45,582 nt of DNA from a virus (lineage: Duplodnaviria > Caudoviricetes). Positions 1 through 9,223 of this stretch are shown piece after piece. Numbering within the stretch: the first letter of the stretch is position 1; each line of letters starts with the position of its first letter. The stretch is from positions 1 to 45,582 of IMG/VR virus record IMGVR_UViG_3300032330_001755, one strand, 5' to 3'. A model generated the notes under the pieces. It saw only the letters and a list, made by a program, of their open reading frames with translations, had not been told where the DNA came from and did no database searches. Both the position numbers and the translations under genes were made by a program.

Positions 1-632
1 CCTTTCATTAAAGGGAAGTGTGTTGTTTGTGTAACGCTACCTGAATATTCATTTTGAATTATTGTTCTTGTTGATAACTCATTTTTAAAAATAGATTGTT
101 TATCTGTTATTTCAATATATCCATTTGATAAAGTACTTGATGCATCTCCAAATTTAATTTGAGCTACATTCTCAATACCTGAACCATAACTAAAGTCTAA
201 TATATTATTTGGTGAACCTCCATAAAAATCATTTGTCCAAAGAATAGGATGCTTTATATTATTAATGGCATCATAACTATTTAAACGAATTGTATCAGCT
301 AAATCATTAGCATAAAAATTGCCTACAGTTGCCACATCTTGAAGTGATGGTGTAGTCCCCCCAGACGATATGCTTACCCATCTCTTTGGGCTACAGGCTC
401 TGTAATAGTAAGCGTTAATATCCCTAGAGTATATTAATGCTCCACAACTATCTAATCCTATCTGAAGATTAGCAGATACTGTATCAGCAAATGATGGGGG
501 TCTGAAATTATATTGTGCAAATAATCTTGCATCTTGAACAGTTACGGCACTTGTACCTCTTTGTGTTATTGCTTGGGAATTACCCATTAAATACATAAAT
601 AGGATACCTAATAATACTATTATTTTTTTCAT
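1..632 (-). CDS. Putative fibre-like/secreted structural-module protein with N-terminal signal peptide (runs off the left edge; not in the supplied ORF track)
   Basis: Hand translation from ATG at 632 is open to position 1: MKKIIVLLGILFMYLMGNSQAITQRG...GGTTPSLQDVATVGN...; the TPSLQDVATVGN segment resembles motifs in Bacteroidetes phage fibre proteins. Confidence 0.7.
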   Translation of the reverse strand, partial: MKKIIVLLGILFMYLMGNSQAITQRGTSAVTVQDARLFAQYNFRPPSFADTVSANLQIGLDSCGALIYSRDINAYYYRACSPKRWVSISSGGTTPSLQDVATVGNFYANDLADTIRLNSYDAINNIKHPILWTNDFYGGSPNNILDFSYGSGIENVAQIKFGDASSTLSNGYIEITDKQSIFKNELSTRTIIQNEYSGSVTQTTHFPLMK

Positions 633-633
633 A

Positions 634-1173
634 TTAATATGGACTTATGTCTATGTAAAATTCGTATTGTTCTGTAGTGGCATCAAAACCTGGAAGTAGT
701 ACATTTATCCCACTACCAGTTCTTTCCCATTCTGTTCCCTCCGATAAATATCTAGCTACAAAATTAGCAAATACTTGAAGTCTATATCCAGACAATATAG
801 GTTGATTTAAACTATTTTGACCATTCCAATTTGTGGCATTAATAAAATCAGCCTCTGTAATTCTAATTGGAGTTATTATATTTAGATAAGGATATGGATT
901 AGGTATTACTCCGTTTGTGAAATTATTTATTATATATGATGCCTCTAAGTTGTATGGCGAACATAATGCATACAAATAATCTGATGTAGATGTCAATGTA
1001 ATATCATTTGAGTCTAATGTATATAACCATTCTACGCTTTTTCTAATGTTATATATTTTGTTAGGGAGCTGAAGGTCAACACCACCACCATACAACCCTT
1101 TCTTGTTGATATCATTAAGACAAAGGTATTGACTTACTTTTGCTATATTTATTTTTTGCGCTATAGTATACAT
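634..1173 (-). CDS. Hypothetical structural-module protein
   Basis: 179-aa ORF coupled to its neighbours in the structural operon. Confidence 0.6.
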   Translation of the reverse strand: MYTIAQKINIAKVSQYLCLNDINKKGLYGGGVDLQLPNKIYNIRKSVEWLYTLDSNDITLTSTSDYLYALCSPYNLEASYIINNFTNGVIPNPYPYLNIITPIRITEADFINATNWNGQNSLNQPILSGYRLQVFANFVARYLSEGTEWERTGSGINVLLPGFDATTEQYEFYIDISPY

Positions 1174-1712
1174 TATTTAGAATTAGCATTGAAAAAATAA
1201 GGAGAATTAAGTCTAAGATTAGTCGCCTCGTCATAGCATCTTTGTGCTGCATATAAGTCAGTAGCAAAAAATATAGCTTGATTGCCAGAATCAATAGCCA
1301 CCCTTAACCTGCTTTTATTTCCAAAGAAATTATGGTCATTTATAACCAATGGATTCCCAGACAATACCTGAGTAAGTTGATAGTCAAATGTTTCATTATA
1401 TAACGTAAAACCTAATGTATATGACTTAGTTGCTATTACTGTTGGATTTGGGAGTGTAGTATCATCTACCCAATCAACTCTTACTAATAATGCATAATCT
1501 TTATTAAGTACATCAAGGGTTATTGAGCTATCGGCTAATGCCCAAACCTCATAATCTGTTGTTGTACCAATTTCTACCAAATATGCTCCATCGGCTTTTT
1601 GTAAATAAACCCTACGACTTGTAATCGCAGGGTCTATACTAGTTGATGTATCAATTATATTTATAGAACTTGGTACTCCTAATGTTTGGGAAGTACTAAA
1701 ATTTGGTGTCAT
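1173..1712 (-). CDS. Hypothetical structural protein (possible tail hub/collar-type)
   Basis: 179 aa, beta-rich N-terminus and helical C-terminus, downstream of the capsid genes. Confidence 0.5.
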   Translation of the reverse strand: MTPNFSTSQTLGVPSSINIIDTSTSIDPAITSRRVYLQKADGAYLVEIGTTTDYEVWALADSSITLDVLNKDYALLVRVDWVDDTTLPNPTVIATKSYTLGFTLYNETFDYQLTQVLSGNPLVINDHNFFGNKSRLRVAIDSGNQAIFFATDLYAAQRCYDEATNLRLNSPYFFNANSK

Positions 1713-1722
1713 CTTTTATATT

Positions 1723-1989
1723 TTAAGTAAGATAAGTAATTAAGGCTGGATATGCCGTTGCTAAGGTAGTATAATTTGTAGCACCTACAGTTATACCTCC
1801 TGAACACATCATATCAAACGATTCCCCCCCAATAGTAAATATAATTGCATCATTCTGCAAGTCAGTATCTAATACATTATGTCTAGGTGCAAATTTATAT
1901 CCACCTGTTAGGGAATAGCACTTTTCCAAATTTGAACCTGTCTTTATCTTAATCAGGTTTGTTGTCTTTGTAATTGTTGTAACAGCCAT
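1723..1989 (-). CDS. Small hypothetical structural protein
   Basis: 88 aa, Thr-rich, A-rich leader. Confidence 0.55.
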   Translation of the reverse strand: MAVTTITKTTNLIKIKTGSNLEKCYSLTGGYKFAPRHNVLDTDLQNDAIIFTIGGESFDMMCSGGITVGATNYTTLATAYPALITYLT

Positions 1990-2012
1990 TTTATTTGTTT
2001 TTAAATTTTACT

Positions 2013-2044
2013 TAAAAAATAAGGGCAGTAGTACTAATGTACCC
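2013..2044 (-). terminator. Possible intrinsic terminator downstream of the 305-aa gene
   Basis: Minus strand GGGTA...TGCCC weak stem followed by TTATTTTTT. Confidence 0.35.
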
Positions 2045-2091
2045 AACTTAGCCGTCATAGCTTTCGCTAATCACCAATTCAAAATCAAAAC

Positions 2092-3009
2092 TTATTCAGC
2101 GGTCTTTTTTTCTTTGCCGCCTTTTACTAATGACTTTAATTTTTTATATAAATCATCTCCCTTATTACCACTTGTTTGCATCCACTCTGATAATTTTTCA
2201 ATCTCATTCTTTTTGCCTGTAGGGGAAAGGTTTGTAATGGTCTGCTGATTCCCTGACCACATAAACTTATACTCCCCATGCTCAAATGAAATAAGGTCTT
2301 TATTTATTGCTTGTTTTATTAATGACTGGTACTCTATTGATTTACCCTGAACCAAGTCATTAAAGTATATTGGGTTACTGTCCGCTAACTCTTCTACTTT
2401 GTTTCTTAATATCTCTGAATTCTCAGAACTATCCCACTGCATAGCGTCTGCAAAATCTATCAATTCTGTATCTGACATTGCTTGTGCAACATTCAAAGCC
2501 TTTAATCTTTCGCTTCTTTCTGTCCTTGCTTCTCTTGCTGCTGCGTTTTCATCTATTCTTGAAATAATTGGGTGGAGGTTCTTGTCAGCAAATTTTCCAC
2601 CTTTTAATTTAGGATGCATTTCTAGCATCATTGCCATATAAAAATCATCTCTATTATCGGCAATATTTAATTTCAAAATAGCCTTTTCTGAGCCACTAAC
2701 CTTTACTTTTTTAAATCTCTCTGGCAATCCATTGTCGTTAATGAACCCATCGTCTACAAGACCTATATTTTTTGTTTTACTTTTACCGTCCCTATTTTCA
2801 TAAGAATCTTGTATTGTAAACTTAGTTGGGTCTAATGTATACATATTTGGATATACCATGCCCCCATTATATTTTTCTGGGTCTGGATTGGGTCTTGCTA
2901 TATCAAACTTGTACCTAACTGACTTACCAAATGATTCTACTTTTTGTTCTAACTCTTCTCTCAACTTAGGAGAGAGGTCATTAAAGTGTGCAAAATTTTC
3001 TAAAGACAT
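2092..3009 (-). CDS. Hypothetical protein of the crAss-like capsid module
   Basis: 305 aa, charged and helical; position shortly downstream of MCP matches a conserved crAss-like gene. Confidence 0.55.
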   Translation of the reverse strand: MSLENFAHFNDLSPKLREELEQKVESFGKSVRYKFDIARPNPDPEKYNGGMVYPNMYTLDPTKFTIQDSYENRDGKSKTKNIGLVDDGFINDNGLPERFKKVKVSGSEKAILKLNIADNRDDFYMAMMLEMHPKLKGGKFADKNLHPIISRIDENAAAREARTERSERLKALNVAQAMSDTELIDFADAMQWDSSENSEILRNKVEELADSNPIYFNDLVQGKSIEYQSLIKQAINKDLISFEHGEYKFMWSGNQQTITNLSPTGKKNEIEKLSEWMQTSGNKGDDLYKKLKSLVKGGKEKKTAE

Positions 3010-3048
3010 TTTTATTTGATTTTAAATTGGTTGAATTGGTTGAAATTA

Positions 3049-3075
3049 TGTAGGGGAAGTACATCTTCCCCTACA
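3049..3075. repeat. Intergenic inverted repeat TGTAGGGGAAG-TACAT-CTTCCCCTACA (hairpin or operator built from two motif copies)
   Basis: Perfect 11-bp stem read directly from the sequence. Confidence 0.85.
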
Positions 3076-3086
3076 ATATTTTTTTA

Positions 3087-4079
3087 TTAACTGGCACTTA
3101 CTATAGTAGCAAGAGCCGTATCTGTAAGATACCTGCTATTATCTCTTAGCAATGTGATTTGTGTTACACAAGTTGTCGCACCCACCGTAGTTGAAGGTAT
3201 AGTTCTTAAAGAAATACCATCAGTAGGGAATGCCATCGTAACTGCTGTTGTAAGCACATTTCCATTTTGTGACGCAACATTAGTTATTGAATACATATTA
3301 GTACTTGCCTGTGTTACAATATCAGACACCGAAGAACCTGTTAAGTATACAGCCCCGTTCTCTAACAATGTAATTTGAGTATTGCAGGTTGTACTGCCTA
3401 CCGTAATGGCAGGTGTAATGGTTCTTGCTATGATATTATTCGTAGGAAAAACTATTGTACTTGCAGTAGAATAAACTTGCCCATTCTCACTAGCTACAGT
3501 TGCGGTAAACATACCTGCCCCTGCATTAGCTGATAATGTCAAGTCTGCAATCAAGCTAGTTGAACAATACACTGTATTAGTTACCAAATCCACGATTTGA
3601 GTCATGTAAGGTATTGAACCACAAAACCCACTAACAGCTCTTAACATTGTATTTCTTACTGGGAATGCCCATGGAGTTGCGGTAGAAGCACCGATAGCTC
3701 TTATGGTAATACTAACTTTACCGTCAAATGTAGTGGTAGGAGTAATTGCCAATGTGCCAGTACTTGTAGTTAATATTGAAAAATCACTACTAGCACTCAA
3801 GGTGCTTGAAGTGACACCTCCAAATCCTACAGTTACTGTACCTGCTGTTCTACTTGTAATAGTGATACTAATGCTATAGTAAGTAGCCGATGTTGCGGCT
3901 AAGCTATTTGTTAAAGCAGTCGTATTCCCTGTAGTATGAGTAAATCCAGCAGCATAACTACCTGTCCATCCAGTAGATGTCCATCCTGAGCTACTTAATA
4001 AGTCAGCACCTAATGTACCACCATTAAATGGCGACCCATTAAGACCTACTACTGTAGCTGTTATTAATTTTGTTGCCAT
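3087..4079 (-). CDS. Putative capsid decoration/auxiliary protein with three internal ~70-aa repeats
   Basis: 330 aa, Ser/Thr-rich, immediately after MCP; repeated T.V..xNG...FP....R....TQI...Y units. Confidence 0.6.
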   Translation of the reverse strand: MATKLITATVVGLNGSPFNGGTLGADLLSSSGWTSTGWTGSYAAGFTHTTGNTTALTNSLAATSATYYSISITITSRTAGTVTVGFGGVTSSTLSASSDFSILTTSTGTLAITPTTTFDGKVSITIRAIGASTATPWAFPVRNTMLRAVSGFCGSIPYMTQIVDLVTNTVYCSTSLIADLTLSANAGAGMFTATVASENGQVYSTASTIVFPTNNIIARTITPAITVGSTTCNTQITLLENGAVYLTGSSVSDIVTQASTNMYSITNVASQNGNVLTTAVTMAFPTDGISLRTIPSTTVGATTCVTQITLLRDNSRYLTDTALATIVSAS

Positions 4080-4100
4080 GTTGAAATTTATTTAAAGTAA

Positions 4101-4122
4101 GTAGGGGAATTGCTTCCCCTAC
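4101..4122. repeat. Intergenic inverted repeat GTAGGGGAA-TTGC-TTCCCCTAC downstream of MCP (terminator/stabiliser or operator)
   Basis: Perfect 9-bp stem with the same arms as the 3049-3075 element. Confidence 0.85.
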
Positions 4123-4140
4123 ATTAACATTGTTTATTAA

Positions 4141-5514
4141 TTAGATAACTCTGTACTTTTGGAAGTGCTTAACCGCTAAACACTCAAGACCCTGTGCTGT
4201 TTCCCAGTCAGTATGCAATTGCATAGTTGATGAAGTTGGAATTTCAGCCAAAGCACCTGTTCTCCACTCAGTAATCATGCCATTAGAAGACTTGTTAGCT
4301 GCGCTACCCATAAATGGAGTAGGAGTGTAACGAATCTGCATTCTTGGTTGACGACCATTGTCTACAGTATCAACTTGGTCTTTTGGTACGAAGTACATAG
4401 AACCGTTAACGTCTGCAACTAATGTAGCTGAGAACAATTGTGGATGGTCAAAGATAGGAACGTGAACGAAATCAAACTCGTATCCACCATAAGAAAGGTG
4501 TTCTACGTTGAAATCAAAGCTCTTACCATCTACATTCAATCTTCTAGAGTCAACTGAAGATGAACCTAATTGCTTTAAGAACTTGCTGATTAAACGATAA
4601 GCACGACTTCCCATGAACACCATCATATCTGTAGGTGCTTTGTTAGCGATAAAGTTGTCAATGATTTCATCTAACTCTACGAAACCAAAAGTTCCAAGAG
4701 TTGTACCTGAATCATTGATACCGTAGTTGATGCAATACCAATCAAGACCACCAGTAGTTTGAATAGGCAAACCATTTGAACCAGTAAGAACTGGACTTGT
4801 AGCAAACGGAGATGCGTTTGTAAACCCTGTTGTTGACTGAGTACCAGCTAACATTTGAACAGAAATATCACCATTCAATTTGATAACCTTCTGAACTGTT
4901 TGGTAAGGGAGGATGTGGTAGTCACCACCTACATTAACTTCAATCTTAGCAACCTTCTGAACGTCAGAGATTTCATCAACCTCACGGAAGATTTGAATGT
5001 TGTTATAGTATTTAGTCAAACCATATCTACGATTTGTAGGCGCACCAGATTGTTCTGGGAATGCGTTAGAACCAAATTGAACTTTATCTCCTGCAACAAT
5101 TGTTAAATTAGTATTATCTACAGACTTTGCAGTAATTGTAGCAGTTCCTGGAGTGGTAGTAGTATCTACAGTAATAACTAATGCTTGTTTACCAGCATTA
5201 GATGCGTTTGATGTTTTAATCAAATCACCAACTCTTGGGAAAAGATATGCACCGCCTGTAATATTAAATTGTACCTGCACTGCACCTGTTGTAATACCAC
5301 CACTTGCTACTGTCGCTACCTCATAAACATCGTTGTTAACGAAGTTGTTGTAGAAGAACATTTTTGCTGGCTTTGTGCGATTTACCATCTTCATGATGTC
5401 GGTAAACGCACGGTCACGACTTTGGTCGTAAATGTTAGGGTCTATATCCCTTTGGTCAAGAAAATCAATCGCAGATACGAATGATTTAACCATTAATCCT
5501 TGTGAAACTGCCAT
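4141..5514 (-). CDS. Major capsid protein (crAss-like)
   Basis: 457 aa; portal-scaffold-MCP gene order; YYNNIQIFRE, TTGGL and FMGS motifs typical of this capsid class; codon bias of a highly expressed gene. Confidence 0.85.
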   Translation of the reverse strand: MAVSQGLMVKSFVSAIDFLDQRDIDPNIYDQSRDRAFTDIMKMVNRTKPAKMFFYNNFVNNDVYEVATVASGGITTGAVQVQFNITGGAYLFPRVGDLIKTSNASNAGKQALVITVDTTTTPGTATITAKSVDNTNLTIVAGDKVQFGSNAFPEQSGAPTNRRYGLTKYYNNIQIFREVDEISDVQKVAKIEVNVGGDYHILPYQTVQKVIKLNGDISVQMLAGTQSTTGFTNASPFATSPVLTGSNGLPIQTTGGLDWYCINYGINDSGTTLGTFGFVELDEIIDNFIANKAPTDMMVFMGSRAYRLISKFLKQLGSSSVDSRRLNVDGKSFDFNVEHLSYGGYEFDFVHVPIFDHPQLFSATLVADVNGSMYFVPKDQVDTVDNGRQPRMQIRYTPTPFMGSAANKSSNGMITEWRTGALAEIPTSSTMQLHTDWETAQGLECLAVKHFQKYRVI

Positions 5515-5552
5515 TTTAATTAAGTTTTATTTTTTTATAATTTTGTTTGTTT

Positions 5553-6785
5553 TTACCATCCACCCGAATTAAGCCTGCCATACTTAGCCATTGCTCCTGC
5601 AACTGACTTAGGCTCTTCACCTGCGGTTGAGGTTTGTTTAACTCCAGTAGGTCTTGCATTGTCTATGGGTTCAATTGCGGCTCTACTTCCCAGACTTTTA
5701 TAATGCTTAGCAAGCTCTGTAATGAATTTTTCTCCGTACTTATTAACTGTTGCTACAAGTAGTTGATGTTGTGCTTTGGGAAGAAATACTTCTTGCCCGT
5801 CCTTGTTGACTCTATCAAACATCAGTTCGCCTGTTGTATCACCATTTAATACTAAGTCTGTAATTGCTTTTGAATCTATTGGGAAGCTGAACTTGTCATT
5901 TCCCTCACCGATTGTAATTGCATTTTTACTAAGAACTTCTTTTGTGTACGGGGAATTGTTAAACTCCGTTACAATGTGCTTAGAGAAATCAGCTAAACGC
6001 TGTTCCTCTTCTTGTGCTTCTGCACTTCTGTCTGGTGCTGTGGGAAGAAGTTTCTCTTGATGCGCCTTGGCTAGTTCATCTCTGTACTTGTCTGCTTTCG
6101 CTTCTAATAAGAGCTTCCCTTCATTCGCCTCGTCTTCATCGTAAGAATTAATGTTGTATTTCTCAACAATCTCCTTTTTGTAAAGAACATCTAACTGAGC
6201 CTCGCTTGCCTTAGGATAATCTACCCGAAGCTGATGGCGCATCACTTCTTCGGCTGGCATTTGTGTGTAATCCTTACTTAGCTCGTTCAAGTATTCTGTT
6301 ACGTTTCCTTTCTCTTTCCAAGTGTTTAGGAAGCCTACCATTTTAGGGTCAACCTCTTTTAAATCCTTGATAAAAGAAATAGCCTTTTCGTCAAACCCTA
6401 ATGCCTTTAGAACGTCATCAGGTTGTTGGCTTTTTACTGCATCTTGCCAGTTTATTTCTGCATTAGACTCCATCTCTTTTTGAGTTTGGGAAGTCCCTGC
6501 TTTGCTTTCAACTGACTCGGATGTTTCTTGCTCATCTTCAGATGTACTTTCTGCCTTCGTTGGAGCAACGGGGGCGTTTCTTACCTCTGCATCAGATTCC
6601 CAAGAGCCATCTCTATTTAAACGGATTGGATTTACATCCTCACCTTCTGCACTACTTTTTGTACCCTGTCTAGCCATCATAGCAGCTATACTCATAGTTT
6701 CTGCACTTGATGCCGATTGGGCTTCGCTTGTTTCATTTGATGTCGCAGTATCTGCTTCATCCATGTCATAGAACTTTTTTATCAT
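5553..6785 (-). CDS. Putative scaffolding protein
   Basis: 410 aa, acidic disordered N-terminus, between portal and MCP. Confidence 0.65.
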   Translation of the reverse strand: MIKKFYDMDEADTATSNETSEAQSASSAETMSIAAMMARQGTKSSAEGEDVNPIRLNRDGSWESDAEVRNAPVAPTKAESTSEDEQETSESVESKAGTSQTQKEMESNAEINWQDAVKSQQPDDVLKALGFDEKAISFIKDLKEVDPKMVGFLNTWKEKGNVTEYLNELSKDYTQMPAEEVMRHQLRVDYPKASEAQLDVLYKKEIVEKYNINSYDEDEANEGKLLLEAKADKYRDELAKAHQEKLLPTAPDRSAEAQEEEQRLADFSKHIVTEFNNSPYTKEVLSKNAITIGEGNDKFSFPIDSKAITDLVLNGDTTGELMFDRVNKDGQEVFLPKAQHQLLVATVNKYGEKFITELAKHYKSLGSRAAIEPIDNARPTGVKQTSTAGEEPKSVAGAMAKYGRLNSGGW

Positions 6786-6847
6786 TGATTTGAATTTGGT
6801 GAAGTAAAAATATTAGTTCATTTTAAATAAAAAAATTTTTTCTTATA

Positions 6848-9208
6848 CTATTTTGTCATTGTTTGGGAATTGGTCTTTTGATTAGCCAACTGTTGCTTCA
6901 AGATTGACGACTGACCTGCTATGTGCGTAGAATTTTCTTTTGCACTTGCGGTATCAGAGGCTACTTGAATTTTGGTGTTATTGTTAGCCATTGCAATTCT
7001 TTCTGCTGATTCAATTCTCATTCTCTCTTTCTCTAATTCCCCTTGCACCCTAATCTGCTCTTTTTGTATTTCAAGTTCTGCCTGCATTTGAAACTTCTGC
7101 ACTTCTGATTGTTGTGCAATTTGAGCCGATTGCATATTCCCTTGCTGCTGTGCCTGTATCTCAGCCATTCTTTGTTGGGACTGTCTTTCTTTTTCTTTCT
7201 TCACCCTATACGCCCAAATCATTTGAGCCTCTTTTACGTTCTTTGTGTTTACAAGAATGACGGCATCCGCAGTTGTTAAAAATCCATTGGATATGTCCAT
7301 CTGCATCATTTGCATTAACCAAGCCTTTTGGTCTTGTGTAGGTCTTTTTTCTAGTTCTACACCGTAATCTCTCCATGCTATGTCAGGAGATATTTGCATG
7401 AATGTTAGGGAATTGGAGTTTAACGCTGGAGCGAATCCAGTAATATCCCCCATCTTTAAAGCCTGTTGCGTTCTAGTCAACATAGCCTCGGCTAATTTTA
7501 ATGATATATTTTCTTCAGAAAACGCTAAAGGATATAGTGCCTCGTTTGTACTTTGCTGTCCACTTTCGTACCCTGGTACAAGGGTCTTGGATGATGCCTG
7601 ACCTAAGGTAACATCATTGTAGCCTGTCATTTTTTCTATTGCAGATATTGTACTTATCAAGTCATTGTAGAACATTGACAGTTCACTTGCTGCTGTGTTT
7701 TCAATGGGAATCACTGGTCGCCAGTTTGCACTCTGTGGTGTGCCACCATCATTGTCACTTCTTCCCAAGAGAACGCCAGTGTCAAAAAACATTTGCAATA
7801 ATTCTTGTGGTGACATATCTTGCCCACCCTTTGTCATTGCTACTTTTTCTAAGGCAGACAAATCAATCCACCAGCCAGAAGGTACAGCTCTGTTCTTAAA
7901 GTTCTGAATCTTTAACATAGTCAACTGATAGTCGTCTATGTATGGAATTAGTCTTTCCATCATACCCTGAGCCTTCATTTGATAGAAATTGTACGCATAA
8001 AACGTATAAGATAGTCTTGTCTTTGCTTTCTTCTTTATATCGTTGGGGCGCTTTTGGTCATAGCACATACCAAAGTCATAAACCTTGTCTGTTCCTATTA
8101 CCCACTTGCATTTATATGTGTATTGGATTTTCTTTCTTGTGTACTTGTCAGATTTTTTGCCCCTTGCGAAGTCTGCCTTTCTGAAATCAGGATTTCCTTG
8201 CTCGTCCATTGTGTCACGATATACTCTATCGTTGTACGTATAAAATTCAATATCTAATACCTTACATTTAAACTTGTCGTATGGCTTCATCCATCCAGTT
8301 CCCAAACCTAACAATCTTGGATTCCCAAACTGACCTGCTATTGTAGATGCAAACTGAGTTAAGTCGTATTCTGTAAACATTATCTTACCCTCATCGTCTG
8401 TAACTGTTGCCAATTCTATTAAAGGCACATCTATTATTTCCCCAGCATGAACAATATTAGAAAAGTCAGCATTCTTATCAAATGATGTAATTACGCACTC
8501 TGGGTCTACCACTCTAAATCCTGGCTTACCATCGTTGTCTAAGTAATCCTTTACACCTGCAACACCTAAGTCAAATAAATCCTCAAATATTTTTCTTCTT
8601 TTGGTCTTGTAATCATTTTGATAAAATGCAAGATTGATTGCCATTTCAGCATCCTTGCTTCTATTAAATTGCTCCCCAAACTCCATTCTCATTTCTAACT
8701 CTTCAATGTCCACAGGGTCTTTTGAGTTAAGTGCTAACAACGGGTGACTTGCTAATTCTGGATTTTGCTGCATCATCATTTCCCTAACAGCCAACTTAGC
8801 TTTCAAGCTAGCATAATACCCGTCCATTTCTGACTTAGCTAACATATCTACAGGAGTTGCTACGATATTATAATCAGTAGCAGTTAGTCTTGATATAGCC
8901 TTATCTCTGTAGCCAGAAACAATAGAACGAATGCTCCAGTCTAAACTTAGCCATGTATTGTTGGTTGTTTCGTCTACTCCTAACCATTTCTTATATTGTG
9001 AATTTGGCTGCTTCCCTAACGCATATAGTCTAAACTTAGAATAATCTCCGCCATTACCAGAGAAGATACCTTTAGGGTAAACAAACTGCCAATCATAGTA
9101 CGCCGCCTGTGCATATTCTCTACAAAAGTCTGCGCCCTTTTTCGCAGGGTCTATATCATGATTCGGATAACTAAATTGACCACCACTAGTAATTTGTTGA
9201 TATTGCAT
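6848..9208 (-). CDS. Portal protein (crAss-like)
   Basis: 786 aa; RLYALGKQ, W..LDW, DLFDLGVA and TGYNDVTLG motifs; Gln-rich coiled-coil C-terminal barrel; follows TerL. Confidence 0.85.
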   Translation of the reverse strand: MQYQQITSGGQFSYPNHDIDPAKKGADFCREYAQAAYYDWQFVYPKGIFSGNGGDYSKFRLYALGKQPNSQYKKWLGVDETTNNTWLSLDWSIRSIVSGYRDKAISRLTATDYNIVATPVDMLAKSEMDGYYASLKAKLAVREMMMQQNPELASHPLLALNSKDPVDIEELEMRMEFGEQFNRSKDAEMAINLAFYQNDYKTKRRKIFEDLFDLGVAGVKDYLDNDGKPGFRVVDPECVITSFDKNADFSNIVHAGEIIDVPLIELATVTDDEGKIMFTEYDLTQFASTIAGQFGNPRLLGLGTGWMKPYDKFKCKVLDIEFYTYNDRVYRDTMDEQGNPDFRKADFARGKKSDKYTRKKIQYTYKCKWVIGTDKVYDFGMCYDQKRPNDIKKKAKTRLSYTFYAYNFYQMKAQGMMERLIPYIDDYQLTMLKIQNFKNRAVPSGWWIDLSALEKVAMTKGGQDMSPQELLQMFFDTGVLLGRSDNDGGTPQSANWRPVIPIENTAASELSMFYNDLISTISAIEKMTGYNDVTLGQASSKTLVPGYESGQQSTNEALYPLAFSEENISLKLAEAMLTRTQQALKMGDITGFAPALNSNSLTFMQISPDIAWRDYGVELEKRPTQDQKAWLMQMMQMDISNGFLTTADAVILVNTKNVKEAQMIWAYRVKKEKERQSQQRMAEIQAQQQGNMQSAQIAQQSEVQKFQMQAELEIQKEQIRVQGELEKERMRIESAERIAMANNNTKIQVASDTASAKENSTHIAGQSSILKQQLANQKTNSQTMTK

Positions 9209-9223
9209 TTTATTTTTGGGTTT

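Noticed and set aside
2040-2075. Riboswitch or kink-turn around the GAAA tetraloop hairpin
   Set aside because: Only a 4-bp stem is evident and the other conserved elements are not recognisable.
3049-4123. Bacteroidetes LexA box (GGA-N5-TCC) in the palindromes
   Set aside because: Spacers between GGA and TCC are 9 and 6 nt, not 5.
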